Source of the DNA: Gemmatimonadales bacterium
Lineage (GTDB): Bacteria; Gemmatimonadota; Gemmatimonadetes; Gemmatimonadales; GWC2-71-9
Assembly: GCA_035943095.1 (NCBI GenBank)
Contig: DASZCN010000037.1
Coordinates: forward strand, 842-64,841
DNA length: 64,000 nt
Direction of reading: 5' to 3'
This document shows, piece by piece, positions 26,199 to 35,037 of the stretch. The notes beneath the pieces were generated by a model. That model was given only the letters and a program-made list of their open reading frames with translations. It made no database searches and was not told the DNA's origin. The stretch's first letter is position 1; every line of letters starts with the position of its first letter. The position numbers were made by a program, and so were the translations under genes.

Positions 26199-26971
26199 TG
26201 CGCATCGACGTCAACGCGTTCGTGGGGGCTTACCCCTTTCGCCGGGTGCCAGGCGCTTCGGCCGAGGGCCTGTTGCGTGCCATGGACCGCACAGGAATAG
26301 ACGCGGCGTGGGTCAGTCACCTCCCCAGCCTGTTTTGGCGCGAGCCGATGGAGGGGAACCTGTGGCTGTACCGGACCGCCTCGTCCACCGAGCGGCTCAG
26401 GCCCGTGCCCGCCGTTCACCCCGGTTTGGCTGGCTGGGAAGCCGCGCTCGGTGAAGCGGCGGACCGTGGCGCCCCGGCGGTGCGGTGCGATCCCCACTAC
26501 TACGGAATCGAGGCAGCGGGCAAGGAAATGCGACTGCTTGTGGCGGCCTGTGGGGCCGCGAAGCTCCCGTTGATCATGGCGGTGCGCCTCGAGGACGGGC
26601 GGCAACGTCACGTCAACGACCAGGCCGCCGAGCTCGCCGCCGCTCAGGTCCGGTCGCTGATTCGCAGCGATGAGGACGTCCGTCTCGTCATCACGCACGC
26701 GGACCGCGGGTTCGTCGAGGAGGTGCACTTCGGGTCCACGCCGGAGGAAGCGGCACGGCTCTGGTGGGATGTGAGCTGGATCTGGGGTCCCCCCGAGGAT
26801 CAGCTCGAGACGCTGCTCGGGACGATCGGGGTCGATCGCTTTGTCTTCGGTACGGGGCAGCCCCTCCGGATTCCCGAGAGCAGTGTGGCGAAGCTCGACC
26901 TCCTCGACCTGCGTGCCGACCAGCGGGCCGCCATCGAGTCGGGCAACCTCGCGAAAGGACTTGCCGCGTGA
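26198..26971 (+). CDS. Amidohydrolase-fold paralogue lacking the N-terminal HxH motif
   Basis: ATG 26198 overlaps the upstream stop by 1 nt (TGATG). The N-terminus MRIDVNAFVGAYPF has NAF where the neighbour has HAH. C-terminal FVFGTGQP parallels LLFGTDL. Confidence 0.55.
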   Translation: MRIDVNAFVGAYPFRRVPGASAEGLLRAMDRTGIDAAWVSHLPSLFWREPMEGNLWLYRTASSTERLRPVPAVHPGLAGWEAALGEAADRGAPAVRCDPHYYGIEAAGKEMRLLVAACGAAKLPLIMAVRLEDGRQRHVNDQAAELAAAQVRSLIRSDEDVRLVITHADRGFVEEVHFGSTPEEAARLWWDVSWIWGPPEDQLETLLGTIGVDRFVFGTGQPLRIPESSVAKLDLLDLRADQRAAIESGNLAKGLAA

Positions 26972-27882
26972 CGGTGACGCCTCCCCCCCTCCCACCCCAG
27001 CTGCGATATCGACTCGAATGGGGTCTCATTCCCGCCGTGCCCGTCCCATTTCGCGGTCACGAGCTGGCCAAGGATGCGCTGCAGGCGTACGCGGCGTGGA
27101 TGGCGGAGCATCAAGTGGCGGGCGTGGCCGTGTGGGCGCACACGGGCCGCGGCCTCCACCTCTCGGTGGAGCAGCGGCGCCTGGTGCTGGCGACGTGGCG
27201 CGCGGCGCTGCCGCTCAGCACCATCGTGGCGGGCGCGTCCAGTCTCGACATGGCGCGCGAAGCGAAGGCCGGCGGAGCGGACGCGCTACTCGCCTTTCCG
27301 CGCGCGGTGGACCCGGTGGGCTACCACGACGCGCTCAGTCGCGAGCTGCCGGTCATCGCCTTCTATCTCTATGCCGCGGCGGGTGGGGTCGAATACGACA
27401 ATCAGACCCTGCACGCCCTCCTCTCCTTGCCCAACGTGATCGGCATCAAGGTCGCCACACTCGATTCGGTGTTGACGTTTCAGCGGATCGCCGGCCTGAT
27501 GCGCGACCACCCCGACAAGCTGCTCATCACGGGTGAAGACCGCTTCCTCGGGTACTCGTTCACCATGGGCGCCCGCGCGGCCTTGATCGGCTTGGGCGCC
27601 GCGTTGACGAACATCCAACTCGGCCTGATCGAATCGTTCCGCACGGGCGACTTCGGCAAGTTCGTGAAGCTCGCCGGCTTGTGCGATCGGTTCGCGGGCG
27701 CGACCTTCGTCCCGCCCATGGAGGGGTACGTGCGTCGCATGCTCTGGGCGCTCGCCGCGGAGGGCGTGATTCCGGACGACGCCTGCGACGATCCCTGGGG
27801 ACCGGGCCTGCCGACGGAAGAGCGAGACGCGGTACGCCGCGCGGTGCGGGACACGCGCGGGATCCGTGTCAGCCTGCCGTGA
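26968..27882 (+). CDS. Dihydrodipicolinate-synthase-family (DapA-like) lyase/aldolase
   Basis: GTG 26968 overlaps the upstream stop (GTGA). Motifs PAVPVPF...QAYAAWMAEHQVAGVAVWAHTGRGLHLSVEQRR, ADALLAFP, and the candidate Schiff-base lysine in NVIGIKVAT. Confidence 0.7.
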   Translation: MTVTPPPLPPQLRYRLEWGLIPAVPVPFRGHELAKDALQAYAAWMAEHQVAGVAVWAHTGRGLHLSVEQRRLVLATWRAALPLSTIVAGASSLDMAREAKAGGADALLAFPRAVDPVGYHDALSRELPVIAFYLYAAAGGVEYDNQTLHALLSLPNVIGIKVATLDSVLTFQRIAGLMRDHPDKLLITGEDRFLGYSFTMGARAALIGLGAALTNIQLGLIESFRTGDFGKFVKLAGLCDRFAGATFVPPMEGYVRRMLWALAAEGVIPDDACDDPWGPGLPTEERDAVRRAVRDTRGIRVSLP

Positions 27883-29105
27883 GATGCATTGCCCGGCGGT
27901 CGTTCGTCGAACGCTGTACCGCGTTGGGCGCCGCCCTGGCGACGGCTCCCCTGCGGAAAGGCTGGGTGCCGATGAGCAACAAGCCGCACGTCGTGGTCGT
28001 GGGTGCCGGCGCGTTCGGCGGCTGGACGGCGTTGTATTTGTTGCGGCGCGGCGCCCGCGTCACGCTGCTCGAGGCGTGGGGGCCCGGCAATTCGCGCTCG
28101 AGCTCGGGCGGCGAGACGCGCGTCATCCGCGCGACGTACGGTCCGCGAGTCGTCTATACGCGGCTGGCCGCCCGCGCGCTCGCTCTTTGGCAAGAGCACG
28201 AGCGACGTTGGGCTCGCAAGCTGTACCACGGAATCGGCGTCCTCTGGCTCGTGGAGGGGGACGATCAGTACGAGAAGGCGGCGCTGCCGCTCCTCAAAGA
28301 GGTCGGTGTCCAGTTCGAGGAGCTCTCGGACCGGGAGACCGCGAAGCGGTATCCCCAGATCAACTGCGATCGCGTGCGCTGGGCCATCTTCGAGCGGCAG
28401 GGCGGGTACCTCACCGCGCGTCGGGCGTGCGCGAGCGTGCTCGAAGGATTTCTCGCCGAGGGCGGTGACTACCGCCAGCTCGCGGCGGAGCCGCTGCCGC
28501 CCCGCGCCGGCGAGCTTCCGGGCGTGACGCTCTCCGATGGGACGAATCTGGTAGCCGACCGCTTCGTTTTCGCCTGCGGTCCATGGCTTGGCAAGCTGTT
28601 TCCCGACGTGATCGGCGATCGCGTGCGCGCCACCCGGCAGGAGGTGTTCTTCTTCGGCACGCCGCCGGGCGACCGGCGCTTCACCGAGGAAGCGCTCCCC
28701 GTGTGGGCGGACCACGGCACGCATTTCATGTACGGCATTCCCGGCAATGAATGGCGCGGGTTCAAGATCGCGGATGATACGCGCGGCCCCGCGTTCGATC
28801 CGACGAGCGGCGAGCGGCTGCCGACACCCGAGGTGCTGCGCGCGGCGCGCGACTACGTCGCCTACCGTTTTCCCGCGCTCAAGGACGCCCCATTACTCGA
28901 GACGCGAGTGTGCCAGTACGAGAACTCGCCCGACGAGCACTTCATCATCGACCACCATCCGGCGGCCGGGAATGCCTGGCTGGTGGGTGGGGGCTCGGGG
29001 CACGGCTTCAAGCACGGGCCAGCCGTGGGCGAGCTCGTGGCGAAGCTGGTCCTCGGCGGCGGCGCGCCGGATCCCGATTTCCTCCTCTCCCGCCTTGGCC
29101 GGTAG
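27879..29105 (+). CDS. FAD-dependent oxidoreductase (DAO family, PF01266-like), possibly Tat-exported
   Basis: Dinucleotide fold HVVVVGAGAFGGWTALYLLRRGARVTLLEA. C-terminal HFIIDHHP...WLVGGGSGHGFKHGPAVGE is typical of the sarcosine/D-amino-acid oxidase family. GTG 27879 overlaps the upstream stop (GTGA) and would add the leader VRCIARRSFVERCTALGAALATAPL (Tat-like RRxFV). The alternative start is ATG 27972. Confidence 0.8.
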   Translation: MRCIARRSFVERCTALGAALATAPLRKGWVPMSNKPHVVVVGAGAFGGWTALYLLRRGARVTLLEAWGPGNSRSSSGGETRVIRATYGPRVVYTRLAARALALWQEHERRWARKLYHGIGVLWLVEGDDQYEKAALPLLKEVGVQFEELSDRETAKRYPQINCDRVRWAIFERQGGYLTARRACASVLEGFLAEGGDYRQLAAEPLPPRAGELPGVTLSDGTNLVADRFVFACGPWLGKLFPDVIGDRVRATRQEVFFFGTPPGDRRFTEEALPVWADHGTHFMYGIPGNEWRGFKIADDTRGPAFDPTSGERLPTPEVLRAARDYVAYRFPALKDAPLLETRVCQYENSPDEHFIIDHHPAAGNAWLVGGGSGHGFKHGPAVGELVAKLVLGGGAPDPDFLLSRLGR

Positions 29106-29175
29106 GGCGGCCGGCGCGCTGGAGCGGGATTTCGAGCGATTCCGCCGGGATTGGCCTCGGGATTTCGCGGACGTC

Positions 29176-30267
29176 GTGCGCACCGAATATCGGATCGACC
29201 TCACCGCCCGCTATCTCGGCGAGGCGCTCTCTCATCCGGTCGGCAAGGGCTCCGGGCAGCTCTCGTTGAACGAGGCGCAGCTCGAGGAGGACGCACGGGC
29301 GGGACTGGCGTTCGTGGTGCTCAAGACGGTCATCGCGGAAGACGAGAGTGGCGAACGCGCCATGTCGGCGTGGGCAATCCACGAGACCAGAATGGCCGTC
29401 GAACGGCGCGCGGCGCGCGACGGTCGGTCGGGGTGGACCGTTACGTGGAAGGGTCGCGGCTGGGACCGCTCCCTGTCCGACTACCTGACGCTGCTGCGGG
29501 CGGGACGCGACTTGACCCGCGCAGGGCGTCTGCTTGTCGTTCCGTCGGTGAAGTATCACTTGCCCCGGCTGCATGAGCCATTCCGTGAGGCCGAGTATCG
29601 ACATACGACGGCGGCGCTCGCCGCTGCGTGGGGACGGCCGCCGCTGCTCGTCGAGAAGGATTTCTCGCCGACCCTGGCGGGCGACAAGCTCGCAGACGAT
29701 CGCGCGCAAATCGTCCGCTGGCTCGAGGAGGTCCCTGGGCAGATTCGGGCGGCGTCGCCCGTGCCCGTCCGCATCGCGGTCAAGCTAATGAACGCCCGAT
29801 TCGATGATGGATTTCAAGTGGAGATGATGCGTGCGACGCGCGACGCCGATGCTCTCGTCTGCTTCAACCGGCTATTCGATGCGCAACGAGGTGTGGCGTA
29901 CGGAGGCTGGGACCTGAGCGACAGAAACCTCCAGGCGTTGGACCTCTACCGTCTGCTACCGCCCTCTACCGACCTCTACCCCCGTCTTTGCGGTACCGGC
30001 AACATCTCGTCCGGCCGCATGATCCTCGAATATGCGCGGCGCCGCTGCGAAAGTGTCCAGCTGCACACGTTGTTTCAGCTCCCCCTGTCCGAGTACGCCG
30101 CGACGGACGGCTCCCGGACCGCGCGCGTGCTGCACACCCTGGTGTTTCACCCGGAGCACGGATTGATCGCGGGGCTCCTGGCGCTCGAGGCGCGCGGTGC
30201 GCTCGAGCGACGGGATGGCGAGCTGCATTTCCTGGACGTGGCACGCCGTGCGCATCGCGAAAGTTGA
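29176..30267 (+). CDS. Dihydroorotate/dihydropyrimidine-dehydrogenase-like TIM-barrel flavoprotein (function unknown)
   Basis: Track ORF 28747..30267 trimmed because its 5' part overlaps the FAD gene out of frame. IDLTARYLGEALSHPVGKGSG resembles the DHOD N-terminus. Other motifs are FVVLKTV, AVKLMN and CGTGNISSGRMILEYARRRCESVQLHT (FMN-phosphate-binding-like end). The start is uncertain (GTG 29176 or CTG 29119). Confidence 0.5.
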   Translation: MRTEYRIDLTARYLGEALSHPVGKGSGQLSLNEAQLEEDARAGLAFVVLKTVIAEDESGERAMSAWAIHETRMAVERRAARDGRSGWTVTWKGRGWDRSLSDYLTLLRAGRDLTRAGRLLVVPSVKYHLPRLHEPFREAEYRHTTAALAAAWGRPPLLVEKDFSPTLAGDKLADDRAQIVRWLEEVPGQIRAASPVPVRIAVKLMNARFDDGFQVEMMRATRDADALVCFNRLFDAQRGVAYGGWDLSDRNLQALDLYRLLPPSTDLYPRLCGTGNISSGRMILEYARRRCESVQLHTLFQLPLSEYAATDGSRTARVLHTLVFHPEHGLIAGLLALEARGALERRDGELHFLDVARRAHRES

Positions 30268-31375
30268 GCTCTACGAGCTCGAGCTTCCCTTTGCAGAGCC
30301 CTTCATCATTTCGGGGGGTCGGATCGATGCGCGGCGATCCCTGGTCGTGGTACTGCGCGACGATCAAGGGCACGTCGGATACGGCGAGGCGGCTCCCGAT
30401 GAGCTGCCGTTCTACTCCGAAGAGACCTTGGGCAGCGCGCGCGATCTCATCCCGCGCGTCCTGGTGCCCCGCATCGCGGGTCGGGACTTCGACTCGCCCG
30501 AGTCGGTAGACGCGGCGCTCCGCGAGCACGTGCGGGGAAACCCGTTCGCGCGAGCGGGCGTCGAGACCGCCGCATGGGACCTGGAGGCGCACCGGCGGGG
30601 GACGGGACTCCCACAGCTCGTGGCGCAGCGCCTCGGCGTCACACCGGCCGTGAGCTTCCCCTGCGGCGTGGCGATCGGTATTCCCGAGGATCGCCGGGCC
30701 GAGACGCTCACCCGGCGCGTGTACGAAGCGGTGCAGCACGGGTACCGGCGCGTGAAAATCAAGGTCGCACCGGGCTGGGACGAGGTCGCGGTCGGGGCTG
30801 CCCGCGTCGGAATGGCCGGCACCGACCTTCCACTGACCGTGGATGCAAACGGCGCCTACGGCTGGCCGGAGCACGAGCCAGCCTTGCGGGCATTGGATGA
30901 CCTGGACCTGCTCTATATCGAGCAGCCGCTCGCGCCCGAGGAGCTCGTGGGCCACGCGCGCCTCGCGCAAACGCTCAAGACGCCGGTGTGCCTCGACGAG
31001 ACGCTGCGCGATGCTGGCACGGCGCGCCAGATCGTGGCGCTCGGCGGTCCGATGGTCTGGAACATCAAAGTCCATCGAGTGGGCGGGTTGGCGGAGGCAT
31101 GCCGCATCTATCGGGCGGCCGCGGAGTGCGGCGCCAAGGTATGGGCCGGCACCATGCCCGAGTCGGGAATCGGATCCCAGGCTGGCTTGGCGATCGCCGC
31201 GCTCCCGGACTGCGCTTTTCCATCGGACCTGGAGCCGAGCACGCGCTGGTTCGGACGCGATGTGGACGTGATCAAGTTGACGATGAGCCGCGAGGGTCGC
31301 ATGCCGGTCCCAGCTGTGTCGGTTGCTCGATTGCTCGACTCGGCGCGCTTCCGCGCCACCACTCGTCCGCTCTAA
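30248..31375 (+). CDS. Enolase-superfamily racemase/epimerase (OSBS / N-succinylamino-acid racemase / dipeptide-epimerase subgroup)
   Basis: KxK motif in RRVKIKVAPGWD. Metal ligands in LTVDANGAY, LYIEQPL and VCLDE. Second catalytic Lys in VWNIKVHRVGG. The start (GTG 30248 or ATG 30215) overlaps the upstream gene. Confidence 0.8.
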   Translation: MRIAKVELYELELPFAEPFIISGGRIDARRSLVVVLRDDQGHVGYGEAAPDELPFYSEETLGSARDLIPRVLVPRIAGRDFDSPESVDAALREHVRGNPFARAGVETAAWDLEAHRRGTGLPQLVAQRLGVTPAVSFPCGVAIGIPEDRRAETLTRRVYEAVQHGYRRVKIKVAPGWDEVAVGAARVGMAGTDLPLTVDANGAYGWPEHEPALRALDDLDLLYIEQPLAPEELVGHARLAQTLKTPVCLDETLRDAGTARQIVALGGPMVWNIKVHRVGGLAEACRIYRAAAECGAKVWAGTMPESGIGSQAGLAIAALPDCAFPSDLEPSTRWFGRDVDVIKLTMSREGRMPVPAVSVARLLDSARFRATTRPL

Positions 31376-31388
31376 GAGGGGGTCGAAG

Positions 31389-34300
31389 GTGTCTCACTTG
31401 CCTCGTTCGTTGCATCTCGTGGTGATCCTCGCAGGCCTCGGGCCCCTCTCGGCGCGGGCGCAACAGTACGACCCGGCCCTGTACTCGGCGCTCCGCTGGC
31501 GCATGATAGGCCCGTTTCGCGGCGGGCGTACGGTCGCCGCCGTCGGCGTCTCGGGAGCGCCGGACGTGCTCTACATCGGCGTGAACAACGGCGGCGTCTG
31601 GAAGAGCACGGACTACGGCCGCACGTGGACGCCGATCTTCGACGGCCAGCCCACGGGCTCGATCGGGGCGATCGCCGTCGCGCCATCCGATCCCAAGACG
31701 CTGTACGTCGGGACCGGCGAGGGCCTGCAGCGGCCCGATCTGTCGGTCGGGGACGGGATCTACACGTCCACGGACGGGGGGGCCACGTGGAGTCACGGGG
31801 GACTGCGGGACGGACAGCAGATTCCGGCCGTTGTGGTAGACCCGCGCGATCCGCGCCGCGCCTTCGCTGCGGTCCTGGGACATCCGTACGGTCCGAACGT
31901 GGAGCGGGGCGTGTTTCGCACCGCGGACGGCGGGGCAACGTGGCAGAAGGTTCTCTACAAGGATGAGAACACGGGTGCCGTCGAGCTGGCCCTCGATCCC
32001 GCCAACCCGGACATCGTATTCGCGGCGCTGTGGGCGGCGCGGCAAGCGCCCTGGGAGATCGGGAGCTCGTGGACCTTGCCGGCGAACAACGGGCTGTACA
32101 AGTCGGCGGACGGGGGCGGCACGTGGCGACAGATCACCGCCGGCCTTCCCGCTGCCGCCGATGGGCTCGGCCGCATCGGCTTCGCCTTGGCGCCCGGGGC
32201 GCCCGCGCGCATGTACGCGGTGGTGGGTGCGACGAAGGGCGGGGGGCTGTACCGATCCGACGACGGCGGCGAGCACTGGCGCCTCGTCAACGCGGACGAG
32301 CGGGTATGGGGCCGAGACGGGGACTTCAACGAAGTAAAGGTCGATCCCCGGAACCCCGACATCCTGTACGTGGCGAACATCGTCGCCTGGAAGTCCACCG
32401 ACGGCGGAGCAACGTTCACCGCGTTCCGCGGCGCTCCCGGCGGCGACGACTATCATCGGTTCTGGATCGATCCGCGTGACCCCAAGATCATCCTGCTCGC
32501 AGGTGACCAGGGCGCGGTGGTGACCGTCAACGGGGGTGAGACCTGGAGCTCGTGGTACAATCAACCCACCGCACAGTTCTATCACGTCGTCACCGATGGC
32601 CGCTACCCCTACTGGGTATACGGAGGTCAGCAGGAGAGCGGGTCCGCCGGGATCGTAAGCCGCGGCAACGACGGCCAGATCACGTTTCGGGAGTGGCATC
32701 CTGTAGGTGTCGAGGAGTACGGCTACGTCGCGCCCGATCCGCTCCAGCCCAACGTGGTGTACGGTGGTCGCGTCACACGCTTCGACTGGACTACCGGCGA
32801 AGTCCAGGACGTGTCGCCCGAGCCCGTGCGGACCGGCAAGTACCGCTTTGTGCGGACCATGCCGTTGCTGTTCTCGCCCGTCGATCCGCGAATCCTCTAT
32901 TTCGGCGCCAATGTGCTGTTTCGGACGACCACGGGTGGCCGGAGTTGGGAAACCATCAGTCCCGACCTGACGCGCGCGACGTACGACGTTCCTACGACGC
33001 TCGGCGCCTTCGCCTCACTCGACCCGGAGCAAGGGAAGCATCGTGGCGTGATCTACACGATCGCGCCGTCGGCCCGACGGGCCGGACTGCTCTGGATCGG
33101 CACCGACGACGGGCTCATCCACGTGACCCACGACGGCGGCCGGACGTGGAAGAACGTCACGCCCGGAGCCCTCACACCCTGGAGCAAAGTCTCGCTGATC
33201 GAGGCCTCGCCGTTCGACACGCTCGCGGCCTACGCCGCCGTGAATCGCTTCCGGCTCGATGATCTCGGCCCGCACGTGTATCGCACGATCGACGGCGGGG
33301 CCACATGGGCCGAAGTGATCGACGGTATTCCCGCCAACGACGTGGTGAACGCTGTGCGGGAAGACCCGGTGCGCCGCGGGTTGTTGTACGCCGGCACGGA
33401 GCGCGGTGTGTACGTCTCGTTCGACAGCGGCGACCACTGGCAGTCGCTGCAGCTCAACCTGCCTGTCACCGCCGTGCGCGACCTGGTGGTGCACGACAGC
33501 GATCTGGTCGTCGCCACGCATGGCCGCTCGTTCTGGATTCTGGACGACCTCGCTCCGCTCCGCGAGCTGCGCGAGGCGACGGTAGCCGCCGGCGCGACGG
33601 GCGTTTACCTCTACCAGCCCGCGGGCGCCGTCCGGGCTCGCTGGAACGAGAACACCGACACGCCGGTCCCGATCGACGAGCCGGCGGGACGAAATCCTCC
33701 TGACGGCGCCCTGATTGACTACTATCTGGCGCGCCCGGCTGCCGGCCCGATTGTGCTCGAGATTCTCGATCACACCGGTGCCGTGGCGCGACGGTTCTCG
33801 AGCGGCGACGGAGCCCTTCCTGAGCCGCCGGACTCGGGGCTCAACATTCCTCCCTGGTGGATCAGGCCGCCGCAGCATCTCGGCCTCGATTCCGGGATGC
33901 ATCGCTTCGTGTGGGACCTGCACGGGCTGCCACCGTCTGTGCTACGGCACGACTATCCCATTGCGGCGATTCTGGCGGACACGCCACGCGAACCCCGCGG
34001 GCCGTGGGTGCTGCCGGGCCGCTACGTGGTGCGACTGACGGTGGGCGGACGGGCGTACACGCAGCCCCTCATGGTGCGCATGGACCCGCGCGTCAGAGCG
34101 GCCCCTGGGGCGCTGGCCCGTCAGTGGGCGGTGGCCGCGGGCCTGGTGACGGCGTTGCAACGTGACTCGGCGGCGCTCGATCTCGTGCGCCGGCTGCGTC
34201 GGGAGATCACGGGCGCGCGGACGGGGACGATCGATTCACTGGTCCGGGCGACCATGCAGCTCGAGAGTGGACCGGACGGGCTCACCCGTCTGAACGGCCA

Positions 34301-34460
34301 GATTGCCGACCTCTACGGCCTGGTCGAAGCAGTGGACGCTGCCCCGACGCAACAGGCCGAGGCCGAGGCGCGGGAGCTGGCGCGACGACTCGCCGCCCTC
34401 GAGGCGGAGGTCGGGGCGCTCGCCGGGCGCTTCCGTTCGCTGCAGGGCCGCTTACAATAG
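31389..34460 (+). CDS. Secreted BNR/Asp-box repeat protein (sortilin/VPS10- or GH74-like double propeller)
   Basis: GTG 31389 follows AGAGGGGG. Signal-like VSHLPRSLHLVVILAGLGPLSARAQ. At least 10 Asp-box repeats: STDYGRTW, STDGGATW, TADGGATW, SADGGGTW, SDDGGEHW, STDGGATF, VNGGETW, TTGGRSW, THDGGRTW, TIDGGATW, SFDSGDHW. Confidence 0.8.
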   Translation: MSHLPRSLHLVVILAGLGPLSARAQQYDPALYSALRWRMIGPFRGGRTVAAVGVSGAPDVLYIGVNNGGVWKSTDYGRTWTPIFDGQPTGSIGAIAVAPSDPKTLYVGTGEGLQRPDLSVGDGIYTSTDGGATWSHGGLRDGQQIPAVVVDPRDPRRAFAAVLGHPYGPNVERGVFRTADGGATWQKVLYKDENTGAVELALDPANPDIVFAALWAARQAPWEIGSSWTLPANNGLYKSADGGGTWRQITAGLPAAADGLGRIGFALAPGAPARMYAVVGATKGGGLYRSDDGGEHWRLVNADERVWGRDGDFNEVKVDPRNPDILYVANIVAWKSTDGGATFTAFRGAPGGDDYHRFWIDPRDPKIILLAGDQGAVVTVNGGETWSSWYNQPTAQFYHVVTDGRYPYWVYGGQQESGSAGIVSRGNDGQITFREWHPVGVEEYGYVAPDPLQPNVVYGGRVTRFDWTTGEVQDVSPEPVRTGKYRFVRTMPLLFSPVDPRILYFGANVLFRTTTGGRSWETISPDLTRATYDVPTTLGAFASLDPEQGKHRGVIYTIAPSARRAGLLWIGTDDGLIHVTHDGGRTWKNVTPGALTPWSKVSLIEASPFDTLAAYAAVNRFRLDDLGPHVYRTIDGGATWAEVIDGIPANDVVNAVREDPVRRGLLYAGTERGVYVSFDSGDHWQSLQLNLPVTAVRDLVVHDSDLVVATHGRSFWILDDLAPLRELREATVAAGATGVYLYQPAGAVRARWNENTDTPVPIDEPAGRNPPDGALIDYYLARPAAGPIVLEILDHTGAVARRFSSGDGALPEPPDSGLNIPPWWIRPPQHLGLDSGMHRFVWDLHGLPPSVLRHDYPIAAILADTPREPRGPWVLPGRYVVRLTVGGRAYTQPLMVRMDPRVRAAPGALARQWAVAAGLVTALQRDSAALDLVRRLRREITGARTGTIDSLVRATMQLESGPDGLTRLNGQIADLYGLVEAVDAAPTQQAEAEARELARRLAALEAEVGALAGRFRSLQGRLQ

Positions 34461-34466
34461 ACCATC

Positions 34467-34937
34467 ATGATTCCCATCGACCACCAGCCGGCCGGTTACT
34501 GGGCCACGAACCTCTACGCGACGCCGCGCAAACGCCCCAAGTCCGAAGCGCCCGTCAGAGACCTGCCGCCGCGCGCGGCGCAGCGGTTCAAGCGCGCACG
34601 CGAGGGCATCCGAGCCCTCCGGCACGTCACGGAACAGGTGGTCTTCATGGGGACGGCCTGGAAATGGGTGTGGATGTACGAAGTCGGAGGGCGCAAGCTG
34701 GGATACCTCCATCCAATGGAGACCGGTCTCTCCGGCACTTTCATCGTCAGCGAAGCAGAAGAGCGGGAGCTCTCGGTCACGGACGGCCTGCCGCGCGCGT
34801 CCCGGCAGGCGATTCGTGACGGTCGCATGTCGGGCGGCGTGCGCTGGTGTTGGATGGAGTTCCCGGATTTTGAAACCGTCGACGCGTTCGTCGAAGTCAT
34901 CCGTCTCAAGCATCAGCTCCTGGCGCGGCCCGAGTGA
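34467..34937 (+). CDS. Hypothetical protein (156 aa)
   Basis: ORF starts 7 nt after the BNR gene stop. Its composition is not antisense-like (balanced, Trp/Met-containing: GTAWKWVWMYEVGGRKLGYLHP). No family recognised. Confidence 0.5.
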   Translation: MIPIDHQPAGYWATNLYATPRKRPKSEAPVRDLPPRAAQRFKRAREGIRALRHVTEQVVFMGTAWKWVWMYEVGGRKLGYLHPMETGLSGTFIVSEAEERELSVTDGLPRASRQAIRDGRMSGGVRWCWMEFPDFETVDAFVEVIRLKHQLLARPE

Positions 34938-35037
34938 GCTCGGGCAGGGCTTGTGCGCCGTTTATCGGCAGCGCTACATTCTGGCGCCCGAAGCCGCTTC
35001 ACCCACAGATCGATACATTCGCCATCGGTGCCTTTGG

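Noticed and set aside
28747-29175. 5' extension of the DHOD-like ORF (506-aa track call)
   Set aside because: It overlaps the 3' end of the FAD-oxidoreductase gene out of frame, with Arg/Ser/Pro-rich composition. The DHOD-like N-terminal motif begins only after about 29176.
34951-34980. TTGTGC-N18-TACATT as a sigma-70 promoter for the ACIII operon
   Set aside because: Both hexamers are only partial matches and the 18-nt spacing is suboptimal. In the absence of TSS data this is not distinguishable from chance, so it is not listed as a feature.
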